From: a virus
Virus record (IMG/VR): IMGVR_UViG_3300010885_077086
Span: 1 to 64,000 of that record
Length of the DNA stretch: 64,000 nt
Direction: 5' to 3' (one strand)
The notes under the pieces were generated by a model, which was given only the letters and a program-made list of their open reading frames with translations, was not told the DNA's origin and did not search any database. This document shows positions 49,235 to 58,324 of the stretch, piece after piece; within the stretch, counting starts at the first letter, position 1, and each line of letters begins with the position of its first letter. The position numbers were made by a program, and so were the translations under genes.

Positions 49235-49960
49235 ATGAACAACAGAATTCAAATTTTAAAGAGGGCTCTTATAAAAATGGGAAAGGATACCGAGTCTGAT
49301 AGACTAGAGGCCATAGAGGATAAGGTTCATCCCGGCGCAGTTATTGCAATTGGTGGAGCAGAGGACAAAACTTATCATGGAAAAATTCTAAAAAGAGTTT
49401 TTGACCTTGCTGGTGGTAAGGATATTGATATTACCGTAATTCCTTGGGCATCAAAAAAGAAAGATGCTGGAGAAATTTACAAAAAAATATTTGAACACTT
49501 TGGGGCAAAAAAAGTTTTCTTGCTCAAAGAGAGAGATAGAAAGGAAGCTCTTGACGCCTTTGAGAGAACAGCTCTAATATTTTTTGTAGGTGGAGATCAA
49601 AAAAGACTTCTAGATGCATTAGAAGATCTAGATCTTATTAATGAAATAAGAAGAAACAACAAGAAAGGATTAGTTGTTGCTGGAACATCTGCTGGAGCCT
49701 CAATACTTGGAGAGCATATGCCATATTATTCTGAGGAAGAAGAGAAGGTTCTTTATTACAAAGGCCTAAATCTAGTTCCAAACTCAATAATTGACCAGCA
49801 TTTTTCTCAAAGACACAGAATAAAGAGGCTTCAAGATGCTGTCAAGAGGTTTGACGGTGCAACAGGTTATGGTATTGATGAAGATACCGCAATTGGATTC
49901 CAAGATGGAAAGGAAACATTCCAAATGGGAAGCGGCAGAATTAAAATTCTTCCAGAGTAG
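49235..49960 (+). CDS. Cyanophycinase-like peptidase (S51)
   Basis: IGGAEDK, GGDQ, GTSAGA, IDQHF, GIDEDT. Confidence 0.85.
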   Translation: MNNRIQILKRALIKMGKDTESDRLEAIEDKVHPGAVIAIGGAEDKTYHGKILKRVFDLAGGKDIDITVIPWASKKKDAGEIYKKIFEHFGAKKVFLLKERDRKEALDAFERTALIFFVGGDQKRLLDALEDLDLINEIRRNNKKGLVVAGTSAGASILGEHMPYYSEEEEKVLYYKGLNLVPNSIIDQHFSQRHRIKRLQDAVKRFDGATGYGIDEDTAIGFQDGKETFQMGSGRIKILPE

Positions 49961-50149
49961 TCATTCTTTATCTGGCGTCCAAAGGTGATAGCCAGAGCAA
50001 AGCGGACAGTGATAAAACTTTTTTATCTCACTATAATCACGCTTTGCTCTCGCTACTGCACGTTCTGCTTTCTCTCTTGTTCCGTAGCGCTTCTTTGTAA
50101 GGCAGCCTCTATCTATCCACTTTCCACCGGCTACCTTCTTTCCCTTCAC
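49961..50149 (-). CDS. Small Zn-binding phage protein
   Basis: C..KKRY...A...YHCPLCSGYHL. Confidence 0.65.
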   Translation of the reverse strand: MKGKKVAGGKWIDRGCLTKKRYGTREKAERAVARAKRDYSEIKKFYHCPLCSGYHLWTPDKE

Positions 50150-50484
50150 TTTATCTTATCCAAATGAAAGGTTATATCTTCTACTGCGGAAGGTCTAAAT
50201 ACCCTTATCTTTGTCTTTAGAAGAGCTTCAGTCCATTCATCCCTTGAGACTCTCTTTCCATAAAGATCGAGCACCATTCCGTTACGATAGTGACTGGGAG
50301 AAGATTCAATAACTTTTATTGCGTTGCGAATAGCCGTAAGGGCAGCAGCTTTGCTTTGATAAATCTTGCCAACTCTAGAATTAACAATTGATGATTGAAA
50401 ACCAACCTTAATTCTAATTGGCTTATCAAATTGATCTAAAATTTGATAAAGTTCTTGAATCTTTTCTTTCTTTGCCCCAGCCAT
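50146..50484 (-). CDS. Hypothetical protein (resembles 63615-63905)
   Basis: GKIYQSKAAALTAI. Confidence 0.6.
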   Translation of the reverse strand: MAGAKKEKIQELYQILDQFDKPIRIKVGFQSSIVNSRVGKIYQSKAAALTAIRNAIKVIESSPSHYRNGMVLDLYGKRVSRDEWTEALLKTKIRVFRPSAVEDITFHLDKIK

Positions 50485-51791
50485 TAGAAGCCAGTACCAG
50501 ATCTTGTTGACTTAATGTCTTTACCAAGATTTGATAGGAATTCAGAAAGTGACAGCTCAATATCTTCATCTGAGATAATCTGAGAGGAGCGGGCAAATGC
50601 CTTGTTGGCAGCTGCAAGGTAAATTCCCTTAACAAAAGCAAGGGAGTGTCCTTTTGCTGCATCTGCAATACGATCAACCATAGAGTCTGAGATTGAATCT
50701 TCTTCTGATAGTTTACGCATAAAAGATCTGATTCCATCACGGCTTGGTGCTTCAAAAGGAATTCTCAAGTCAAATCTACCGGGACGGAATAGAACCTGCG
50801 AATCGATCTTCTCTGGGTTATTTGCAGTAGCAATAAGAATTGAATTCTTACGCTGAGCAACACCATCAAGTGCGTTTAGAATTGCTGAGAAGGAAACAGG
50901 AGTTTTAAAACCCTCTTCTTTTGAGAAGAAACGATCAATATCCTCTAGAAGAAGAACTCTAATTCTTGGATTTGATTCCTCTTCTTCATCACCAATATCA
51001 AAGATACGAGAATGTCTTAATGGCCTTGGATTCTCGTCATACATATCATCTTCATGATCTCCTCCGCTCACCCAAGATAGAAATGCAGAATCTGGATCTT
51101 CATAGCGGCCTGTGAAAGAGAATTGGCTTGGTGATGAATGAAAAAACTTTGATATTGCTCTGATTGCAGAGGTTTTTCCATTTCCGGGTGGGCCATAAAG
51201 AAGATAAGAGCGAGAGTAAGGAAGATCTCTTTTGTCAAACCATTCCTTTGACTTTGAGAAGAAAAGAACGTCATTCTTAAGGCTTTCTGTCTTTGAATCC
51301 CAGAATACTTTATCAAGAGATTTTTCGTTGTATAGCGATGGAGAAAGCTGAACCTTAGAGATTAAGAGTCTAATCTTTGACCAATCTCTCTTGCGAGCAA
51401 CAAATCCAAAGTCGGTATTGAAAAATACAACGTCTTCTCCTGGAATTCTAAAGATTGAACCTTTTCTTTCTTTCCAGCGATTTCCAGAAACAGAAAATGT
51501 TCTTACCAAGAATAGATCTTCCACTTCCTCTAGTTTTGAGATAAGTGGTGATAGTTCTTCAGACAAAGAAAATACTATTGCTTCATCCCAATTTACACCA
51601 AGAATTCTTTTAATCTCGTCTCTATCTGCAAAAAGAAACTTTGCAACAGAGACTGGTGGCCTATATACAAAACTATCAACTGAGCCATGTCCAGATATTG
51701 CCGGATTAATTAAGCCTTTTTCCTCATCAGCTTGCTGATCGATAATCTTTCTTATTGAAAGAATTGCATCGTTATTTGAAAATTTATTCAT
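50484..51791 (-). CDS. AAA+ ATPase (BCS1-like)
   Basis: YGPPGNGKT, LLEDID, LNALDG, RPGRFD. Confidence 0.88.
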   Translation of the reverse strand: MNKFSNNDAILSIRKIIDQQADEEKGLINPAISGHGSVDSFVYRPPVSVAKFLFADRDEIKRILGVNWDEAIVFSLSEELSPLISKLEEVEDLFLVRTFSVSGNRWKERKGSIFRIPGEDVVFFNTDFGFVARKRDWSKIRLLISKVQLSPSLYNEKSLDKVFWDSKTESLKNDVLFFSKSKEWFDKRDLPYSRSYLLYGPPGNGKTSAIRAISKFFHSSPSQFSFTGRYEDPDSAFLSWVSGGDHEDDMYDENPRPLRHSRIFDIGDEEEESNPRIRVLLLEDIDRFFSKEEGFKTPVSFSAILNALDGVAQRKNSILIATANNPEKIDSQVLFRPGRFDLRIPFEAPSRDGIRSFMRKLSEEDSISDSMVDRIADAAKGHSLAFVKGIYLAAANKAFARSSQIISDEDIELSLSEFLSNLGKDIKSTRSGTGF

Positions 51792-51802
51792 GGTATCTCC
51801 AA

Positions 51803-52027
51803 TTAGTGCTCTGTATGCCAGTCCCAAAAATGATCTGTTAAGATTTTTTCCCATTCTTTATCTGAGAGTCCAGACTCTTTTGCAAGTTTATGGGCTTCTT
51901 CTTCCATCTTTTTATCAAGAAGTCTGTAGATCTTATCATAAATATCTACCATTAAGTATCCCACTCCTTTGTGATCAAGAGCAAAACAGTTGCAGTCCAA
52001 GTGATCCAAGCCAAATATTTTAGCCAA
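51803..52027 (-). CDS. Hypothetical protein
   Basis: 74 aa ORF; start uncertain. Confidence 0.45.
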   Translation of the reverse strand: MAKIFGLDHLDCNCFALDHKGVGYLMVDIYDKIYRLLDKKMEEEAHKLAKESGLSDKEWEKILTDHFWDWHTEH

Positions 52028-52046
52028 TCCATTAGTTCAAGGCTAG

Positions 52047-52367
52047 TCATAGGTGGGCCACGTTAAATAATACCCATTCCAAAACATCCGGAGAATTCTC
52101 CTTTACAAAATCAATAAAGTATTCTTTTGTAGAAGATAACCGCGAACAATGGCTAAATCTTACAGAATAAGATGTTTCTTGAACAGAGCCATTGTCTGTT
52201 ACGACCCAAACTGCCGATGGAAATATTCCATCGAAAAAGTAATATTCAACCTTATTTACGATCCATCCGTTATCCTCTCCCTCTTTGTATCTCGTTACAT
52301 AAATGCCGCGAGGGAAAATTTTATCAGAATATAATTGATCGTAAGTTATTTCTTCTATCTTTTGCAT
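52047..52367 (-). CDS. 'EWxLFN' tail family protein
   Basis: FIDFVKENSPDVLEWVLFN. Confidence 0.65.
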   Translation of the reverse strand: MQKIEEITYDQLYSDKIFPRGIYVTRYKEGEDNGWIVNKVEYYFFDGIFPSAVWVVTDNGSVQETSYSVRFSHCSRLSSTKEYFIDFVKENSPDVLEWVLFNVAHL

Positions 52368-52885
52368 TAGTCAAGCCTAATTTTAAGGCCCATATCCTGC
52401 ATCTTTAGTATTGCTTCGGCATTACCCTTTGCATCGTCAAGAGCATTATGAGAATGATTGGTTTCTCTTAGATGCTTCCACTTTGCAAAGGTATCAAGCT
52501 TTGCTCCGCAGTAAAGATCTCCAATCCTACGACTAGAGAATCCAAATGGATTTCTTCCTAGGAAAGCATGAAAGTAATAGTTGATGAAGGCAAAGTCAAA
52601 TCCTGGATTGTCCGCAATAAAGATTGGGCGACCCTTGGAGTTTGCATTAATCCATTCCTCAAAGCGAGTCATAACAGGAATAGGATCTTCAAAGCGAATC
52701 ATCTGCTCTCTAGTAAACCCAGAGACAGCAAGAGACTCTGGAATCCATCGGTCAGAAATGGGCTTTAGTTCTGCATAGAATGTTCTATTGAGACCGGCCT
52801 CTACAACTACTGCTCCAAAGGAAACCATAGAGTAAAGACCGGGAGCTGGCCCGTCTGCCTCAATATCAACAGAAAAGTAGCTCAT
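52367..52885 (-). CDS. DEDD 3'-5' exonuclease (Rv2179c-like)
   Basis: VDIEADGP, FDFAF, HNALDDA. Confidence 0.85.
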   Translation of the reverse strand: MSYFSVDIEADGPAPGLYSMVSFGAVVVEAGLNRTFYAELKPISDRWIPESLAVSGFTREQMIRFEDPIPVMTRFEEWINANSKGRPIFIADNPGFDFAFINYYFHAFLGRNPFGFSSRRIGDLYCGAKLDTFAKWKHLRETNHSHNALDDAKGNAEAILKMQDMGLKIRLD

Positions 52886-53166
52886 TAAAACTCCGTATCC
52901 TCATCAAGCATAGAATAGTGCGGCTCTTCTTTTGTCATTTTTTGCTTAAATGCAGAAGAAAAGTAATGACGATTAAGGGAATCTACTCGCTCAATAGCTT
53001 CTTTACAGGCATTTGTCCAGCCGGATTTGTTAATTACATCTGTAGAGTCTGGAACAATATGAGATATAAGTTTTCTAATAAAATAGAGATCCTCCTCAGT
53101 AACCGGTGGAAATCCATCGATCTTAACGGTATTCTTCTTGCTCACTTTTATCCTCCGCTCCATCAA
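52885..53166 (-). CDS. Hypothetical protein
   Basis: 93 aa directly behind a promoter. Confidence 0.55.
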   Translation of the reverse strand: MMERRIKVSKKNTVKIDGFPPVTEEDLYFIRKLISHIVPDSTDVINKSGWTNACKEAIERVDSLNRHYFSSAFKQKMTKEEPHYSMLDEDTEF

Positions 53167-53169
53167 CAG

Positions 53170-53197
53170 AATATAACCACCTATTCAGAAAAGTCAA
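53170..53197 (-). promoter_or_regulatory. Early promoter
   Basis: TTGACT-N16-TATATT with GGTGG. Confidence 0.65.
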
Positions 53198-53227
53198 GGA
53201 GGAGGTTACACCGGCCTGTTTTTAGTT

Positions 53228-53440
53228 TTAAAGCCTTGAGTTAAACTTTAGATCACCAATGTATTTCATACAAAGTTCGACAGATTCACCAAATCCAGAC
53301 TCAGAATAAATTCCAAATGTTTCGTATCGAAATGGATAAGAATTCTTTGGTGTGCCCCAAATAAACCCAAGCACATCGCCTTCTTCTGAGGTTATAATCC
53401 AACCGACATTTCCATAGATCTTTGCTTCAATTTTTTTCAT
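53228..53440 (-). CDS. Hypothetical protein
   Basis: 70 aa. Confidence 0.55.
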   Translation of the reverse strand: MKKIEAKIYGNVGWIITSEEGDVLGFIWGTPKNSYPFRYETFGIYSESGFGESVELCMKYIGDLKFNSRL

Positions 53441-53738
53441 CTTTTACCTTCTTAAAAATAACGGTTTCATCTGATTCGTTGCCACGCATAAAAGCGGAAG
53501 GATTTAGCCATTCTTCGGCAATCTTTTTCTCAGAGTTATCATCTGATTCTGGCCAGCCTCTAGACTCCCAATCTTTAATCATGGCCCTCCAAACCTTTAT
53601 TGGAATTTGAATCATTGCAGATTTATTATTTACTTCAAATTCGTGTCCTGATATTTCAAAATAAACATTTGAAACATCAAATATTTCCTGATAAAGATGA
53701 TGATCTTTGCTGTATGAAATTGAAACTTTTGTGCTCAC
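53427..53738 (-). CDS. Conserved phage protein
   Basis: MSTKVSI...HLYQE...IP..VW. Confidence 0.6.
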   Translation of the reverse strand: MSTKVSISYSKDHHLYQEIFDVSNVYFEISGHEFEVNNKSAMIQIPIKVWRAMIKDWESRGWPESDDNSEKKIAEEWLNPSAFMRGNESDETVIFKKVKDEKN

Positions 53739-54370
53739 TCTATCTCCAATATTATTGGTTTATTAACAGGACGATACTTTCTATCGCAAGAAGAGGCATT
53801 AACAAATGTAATTCCATCAACCACTTTTGTTCCGTACCCTTCATGGATATGGCCTGATATATGGTACTTTGGCTTAATCCTATTTTGAATTTCATGCAAA
53901 AGAATATTGCATCCTGCCTTCACACCCTCCTCTGTTTCATCTAGAATTCCAAAAGGAGGGCCATGAGTTACAAGAATATCTATTCCCTCTGGAATAGAAC
54001 TCCATACTTCAATTAGTTTATCTGGATCTGCATTAAAAGCCCAGTCATAAAATCTTGGAGTCCAAGGAGAACCCCAGATTCTAAGGCCCATTACCGTAGC
54101 CTCAGAGTTCTCAATATATGTAATTGAGGGATGCTCAGAAAGAAGCATCCTTGTAAGACTTGGGTTAGTCTCTGGCAAAAAGTCATGGTTGCCAAAGCAA
54201 AGAACTTTATGCTTTGCTGGCTGCTGAGAAAACCAAAAAAGAAATGAAGTAATTTCTTGAAGAGTTCCCCGACCTGTTGCATCGCCAGCATGAATAAGAA
54301 TGTCGCACTCTGGAATTTTTATTTTAGAGTGCAAATTATGTGTATCGGATATACAAACTATTTTTGGCAT
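53735..54370 (-). CDS. Calcineurin-like metallophosphoesterase
   Basis: SDTH, HAGD, GNHD, THGPP, GHIHE. Confidence 0.92.
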   Translation of the reverse strand: MPKIVCISDTHNLHSKIKIPECDILIHAGDATGRGTLQEITSFLFWFSQQPAKHKVLCFGNHDFLPETNPSLTRMLLSEHPSITYIENSEATVMGLRIWGSPWTPRFYDWAFNADPDKLIEVWSSIPEGIDILVTHGPPFGILDETEEGVKAGCNILLHEIQNRIKPKYHISGHIHEGYGTKVVDGITFVNASSCDRKYRPVNKPIILEIE

Positions 54371-54385
54371 GTGGCCTCCAAGGAA

Positions 54386-54757
54386 TTATACTCTATCCGA
54401 CGAATTCCAAAGATCCTGATTAAAAAGAAGCCACTCGGTTGCTGGATGATTTATATCTATTGTACGACTACAAAATTCATCAAGGTTAGTGTAGAGAAGC
54501 TGGCCTCTTTCGTATGGAATATTTGAAGCAAGATAGGTTGCATTTAAGGCAACCATCTTTAGATTTTTATCAGAAAAAATAAAAATTGCAAAATATGGAA
54601 TAGAATCATTTAACCAAAAATAAAGCTTATTAGACTCTAGAGAATCATCATACTGACAAAAATCAGCATAATAAAGCCCCGTTGGACTATGATTTTTTCC
54701 ATGATAAATTGCCTCAAGTGAGTCTCGAAACAATCCAAGATAAACTGGCTCAATCAT
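54386..54757 (-). CDS. 'EWxLFN' tail family protein (tandem copy)
   Basis: HPATEWLLFNQDLWN. Confidence 0.65.
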   Translation of the reverse strand: MIEPVYLGLFRDSLEAIYHGKNHSPTGLYYADFCQYDDSLESNKLYFWLNDSIPYFAIFIFSDKNLKMVALNATYLASNIPYERGQLLYTNLDEFCSRTIDINHPATEWLLFNQDLWNSSDRV

Positions 54758-54779
54758 GATTCCAAAGATCCTGATTAAA
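54404..54779. repeat. 21-bp direct repeat (54404-54424 and 54759-54779)
   Basis: ATTCCAAAGATCCTGATTAAA, encoding FNQDLWN in both tandem genes. Confidence 0.85.
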
Positions 54780-55133
54780 TAGTAGCCAGCCTGTTGCAGG
54801 GTGTTGGTTTAAAAGGAATCGATCTATAAATGTCTGAATGGGAACATAGACTAGATTATTTTCAGTGGCTAAATACATTTTAGGCATAATTAGATTGTTG
54901 TTAATGGCGATTTTTATGGATGAATAATGATCTATTTCTCTTGGCATATAATATATAATAAATTCAACAAAAGAATCTCCGGCATAAAACCAAATCTCAT
55001 CAAACTTACCATTTGGATTATATTTGGATGAAGGAGTTTCAATCAATGCATGATATAAGCCAACTTTAGAAATACAAGTTATTGCATAATAGCTGCTGCT
55101 AAATGTTCCGATGTTTATTGGTTCCATCTTCAT
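54750..55133 (-). CDS. 'WxLFN' tail family protein (tandem copy)
   Basis: HPATGWLLFNQDLWN. Confidence 0.65.
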   Translation of the reverse strand: MKMEPINIGTFSSSYYAITCISKVGLYHALIETPSSKYNPNGKFDEIWFYAGDSFVEFIIYYMPREIDHYSSIKIAINNNLIMPKMYLATENNLVYVPIQTFIDRFLLNQHPATGWLLFNQDLWNHD

Positions 55134-56419
55134 CCCATCATAGGAAAGAATGTTACCTCACGAAGAGACTTCTTGTTGGCAAGAATACAAATCAATCTTT
55201 CCACGCCAAGCCCAAGGCCGCTACATGGGGGACAGCCGTACTCCAGAGCCTCTAGGAAGCCTTCATCAAGCATCATAGCCTCCTCGTCCCCTCCAGCCTT
55301 CTGTGTCGCTTGCTCCTCCAGCAGAGTGCGCTGGAGAACGGGATCGACAAGCTCAGTATAACACTTGACGATTTCCCACCCACCAACAATAAGCTGCCAT
55401 TGTTCGACAGTATTAGGATCGTCTGCCTTTCTTGCCGCCATAGGAGACATATGGGCTGGATAATCCTCAACATAGATTGGCTGGATTAGAGTGGGTCGAA
55501 TCTTCTTCTTAAAGATTTCATCTGCATCAGAAGCAGACATTGAATCTGGAGAGGGCAGTCCAGCGCGAGAGAAAAGCTCTCGATACTTTACAGTTGGAAT
55601 GATATTAAAATCTAGAGTAACTCCATCCCATTCTACACTTCTTGCGTCAAATCCAAGTCGCCAAAGAAGTCCTGCAATAAAGTTGCCAAAATATTCCTTG
55701 TTGTCCTGATAATCAGCGTAAGCCCGATACCATTCCATTGAATTAAATTCCTGCAAATGAGAGCGATCCAGACCCTCATTTCGGAAAGACTTATTCAGCT
55801 CAAAAATCTTATCAAATCCGCCAACCATCATCATCTTAAGATGAGTCTCTGGTGCTATACGGAGATAAAGATCCTTATCAAGAGCGTTGTGGTGAGTAAC
55901 GAACGGTCGAGCTATTGCCCCAGATGCTTGGGCAGTAAGCATCGGAGTATCAACCTCCAAATAATCATCCTCTGTAAGAATCTGTCGAATGGTCGAGATT
56001 ACCTTGGAGCGAAGTCGAAAGATTGCGGCAGCTTCAAGATCAATTGAAGTCTCCAGATAACGCTTACGAAGCCTTACCTCATCATCAGAGACGCCATAAA
56101 AGGTACTTGGGATTCCTCGCATTGGTCGATTGAGAACCTTTGCCTGATGAGCTAAAATAGACTTTTCACCAGTAGAGGTATACCAAATTACACCACAAAT
56201 ATGAATATGACAGCCGATGATTATTTGGGATACAGTTGACTTGTAGTCCTCTGTTACTCCATTCTTTAGTACAATTTGGATTTTTGATTCAGAATTTTGC
56301 AAATGTAAAAAAGAAATATTTCCCATCTTACGAAAGCTAACAACTCTTGCTGCCAGATTTGCAGATTCCCAATTTGAGGTCTCAACAAGGTTCTTTATGG
56401 AATCGTTATTTTGGTGCAT
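55130..56419 (-). CDS. lysS: Lysyl-tRNA synthetase (class II)
   Basis: OB-fold, EVDTPML, ARPFVTHHN, YLRIAPE, FRNEG, ALEYG.PP.SGLGLGVERL. Confidence 0.93.
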   Translation of the reverse strand: MHQNNDSIKNLVETSNWESANLAARVVSFRKMGNISFLHLQNSESKIQIVLKNGVTEDYKSTVSQIIIGCHIHICGVIWYTSTGEKSILAHQAKVLNRPMRGIPSTFYGVSDDEVRLRKRYLETSIDLEAAAIFRLRSKVISTIRQILTEDDYLEVDTPMLTAQASGAIARPFVTHHNALDKDLYLRIAPETHLKMMMVGGFDKIFELNKSFRNEGLDRSHLQEFNSMEWYRAYADYQDNKEYFGNFIAGLLWRLGFDARSVEWDGVTLDFNIIPTVKYRELFSRAGLPSPDSMSASDADEIFKKKIRPTLIQPIYVEDYPAHMSPMAARKADDPNTVEQWQLIVGGWEIVKCYTELVDPVLQRTLLEEQATQKAGGDEEAMMLDEGFLEALEYGCPPCSGLGLGVERLICILANKKSLREVTFFPMMG

Positions 56420-56453
56420 TTTAAATTCCTTGAATTTATAATACTTAAAATTA

Positions 56454-57395
56454 CTAAGGATCTTGCTCTTGAATTTGCTTTTGCATTCTTGCCTCAGCAC
56501 GTTGAGCCTTTCTTTTTTCATTTCTATTTTTATTATTTTTATCCCTCAAGGTCTTCTTTCTTTCTGCGAGAGCAATAAGTTCTTCTTCTGATAAGAGATT
56601 TTTCTTTGCCCTATTTTGCTCAGCAACTCTTTTTTGTGCCTCACTCATTCTTTTTCTTGCTTCATCAGACCTCTTTGTTGGTCCATTCAAAATACGGTTT
56701 TGTCGCATGGTATTTGCCATTTTTTTCAAAGTTTCTTCAGAATGAGGAGGTCTGGCTAGCTTTTTTTCTCTAATTTTATTTTTAGTTTCTTCGGTATGAC
56801 TGCTTCCAATTCTATTTTTGGAAGCTTCCTTTGCCATTAGTAACAGTTCTCCAAGTGCGGCCGGATTTTCTGCTAGTCTTTTTTTCTGAGCAATGCTCAT
56901 ATTCAATCTTGCTTCGTCAGAGAATTCTGCTGGAGGATTTTCTATATTTCTCTTTATTTGGGCAGCACTCATATTTCTTTTTGCCTCATCGGAGTGCTTT
57001 CTTCCAGAATTAATCAATCTTAATTTTTCTCTTGTCTCTTCTGAAACTATTCTGCCACGCATCTTTTGCTTTTGCTCATCTGTTCTTTTTGTTCCAGCCA
57101 TCGATCTAACTATTAGACCAACATTAAAACCACTATCTGTGGCATCAAGAGTATCTGCCCAATATTGTTCCTTTTCCGTTAAGACTTCTTGAGAGCATAT
57201 TTCTATGATCTCAAAACTAAAAACATCACCACCATATTTTGTATAAGAATTCTGTAATTTTTGGTTGTAATGTTCATTTCTCTCTAGCATATTTTTATGA
57301 GCTATAAATCTTTTAAAGATATTAATGCTCTGTCCAACGTAAAATTGGTCATCCTTTCTTATGCAATATATACCGCAAAGCTTGCTCTTCTTCAT
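56454..57395 (-). CDS. GIY-YIG homing endonuclease with NUMOD3 repeats
   Basis: GIYCI...YVGQS...R...E; repeats HSDEAKRNMS, HTEETKNKIR, HSEETLKKMA. Confidence 0.9.
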   Translation of the reverse strand: MKKSKLCGIYCIRKDDQFYVGQSINIFKRFIAHKNMLERNEHYNQKLQNSYTKYGGDVFSFEIIEICSQEVLTEKEQYWADTLDATDSGFNVGLIVRSMAGTKRTDEQKQKMRGRIVSEETREKLRLINSGRKHSDEAKRNMSAAQIKRNIENPPAEFSDEARLNMSIAQKKRLAENPAALGELLLMAKEASKNRIGSSHTEETKNKIREKKLARPPHSEETLKKMANTMRQNRILNGPTKRSDEARKRMSEAQKRVAEQNRAKKNLLSEEELIALAERKKTLRDKNNKNRNEKRKAQRAEARMQKQIQEQDP

Positions 57396-57461
57396 AATAA
57401 TATGAAGAAATATTAGCATAAAATTACTTGATTATTAGCATATTATTGAATAGTCTGGTTC

Positions 57462-57728
57462 TTAAGCATTTTCTTCCTCCGTGTCGCAATCTTGCCACTT
57501 TTCTTCTTCGTAATTCCAATGGCGATTATCGTAAATATCTATTCCAAGAAAATAAGACATTACCTCAAAGGTAAAGCTGATTCCGGCATGATGAGTTTTT
57601 CGAGTCCATTTTAGTGACAGCTCAAAATAACTCCATCCATCCTTAAATTTATCAAGCTGGACTTCAAGGTACTTATTTTTAAGTAGCGGAAAATACTTGC
57701 GATGAAATAGTGGAACACAAAAGTTCAT
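57462..57728 (-). CDS. Conserved phage protein
   Basis: HAG...IYDNRHWNYE. Confidence 0.6.
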   Translation of the reverse strand: MNFCVPLFHRKYFPLLKNKYLEVQLDKFKDGWSYFELSLKWTRKTHHAGISFTFEVMSYFLGIDIYDNRHWNYEEEKWQDCDTEEENA

Positions 57729-57752
57729 TGTAAATCCTCCCGCTACGCCTAG

Positions 57753-57780
57753 AATATAAGCACAGAATACGCCTAGTCAA
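57753..57780 (-). promoter_or_regulatory. Early promoter
   Basis: TTGACT-N16-TATATT with GTGC. Confidence 0.65.
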
Positions 57781-57804
57781 TCGGCCTTCTAAAATATTTT
57801 ACCG

Positions 57805-58011
57805 CTAATTAAAGAAAAGTGTAAAGATTGCTTCTTCTTCCTTCTCTGGAGAAAGACCCATGATAGAAGGCTCTGCCTCAATCACCTTTTGTGGTAGAAT
57901 AACATCTACTTCAAGGATTTCTGCCCTAATCGAATCAACGTAAAATTCAAGTGGGTCAAGAAAATCATTCTTCATTGGATACCTCTTCGGGCTTTGGGTT
58001 GGCTGTTTCAA
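57805..58011 (-). CDS. Hypothetical protein (true start probably the internal MKNDF)
   Basis: ORF track. Confidence 0.5.
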   Translation of the reverse strand: MKQPTQSPKRYPMKNDFLDPLEFYVDSIRAEILEVDVILPQKVIEAEPSIMGLSPEKEEEAIFTLFFN

Positions 58012-58324
58012 ACTCTGACTTTGCTACAAAAAGCTTTGCAAACTTGCCTTGGTTTAGGCTAAATTCAATGTTATCGATCTTAATGAGTTGATTGGAGGGA
58101 ACTCCATTTTCAGCATACTGCACAGTCAGGTAGGACTGATAATTATATTTGTCCCTAAATCCCTTATAATAAACCCTAACTGTCTTTGGACAATTCTTTA
58201 TCTCTGTTACAAGGCTTAGAGATAGGATTGGTGTTCTATAATCTACTCTGGCAATTACAATTGTATCTCCGACAACTACTTCTTCGCCCTTTAGATCAAT
58301 TAGCTTAAACTTTGCATCCTGCAT
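57965..58324 (-). CDS. Hypothetical protein
   Basis: 119 aa. Confidence 0.6.
   Translation of the reverse strand: MQDAKFKLIDLKGEEVVVGDTIVIARVDYRTPILSLSLVTEIKNCPKTVRVYYKGFRDKYNYQSYLTVQYAENGVPSNQLIKIDNIEFSLNQGKFAKLFVAKSEFETANPKPEEVSNEE

Noticed and set aside
56420-57460. Group I intron around the GIY-YIG gene
   Set aside because: Flanks are only about 35-65 nt, too short for an intron core, and the upstream ORF is not a lysS exon.
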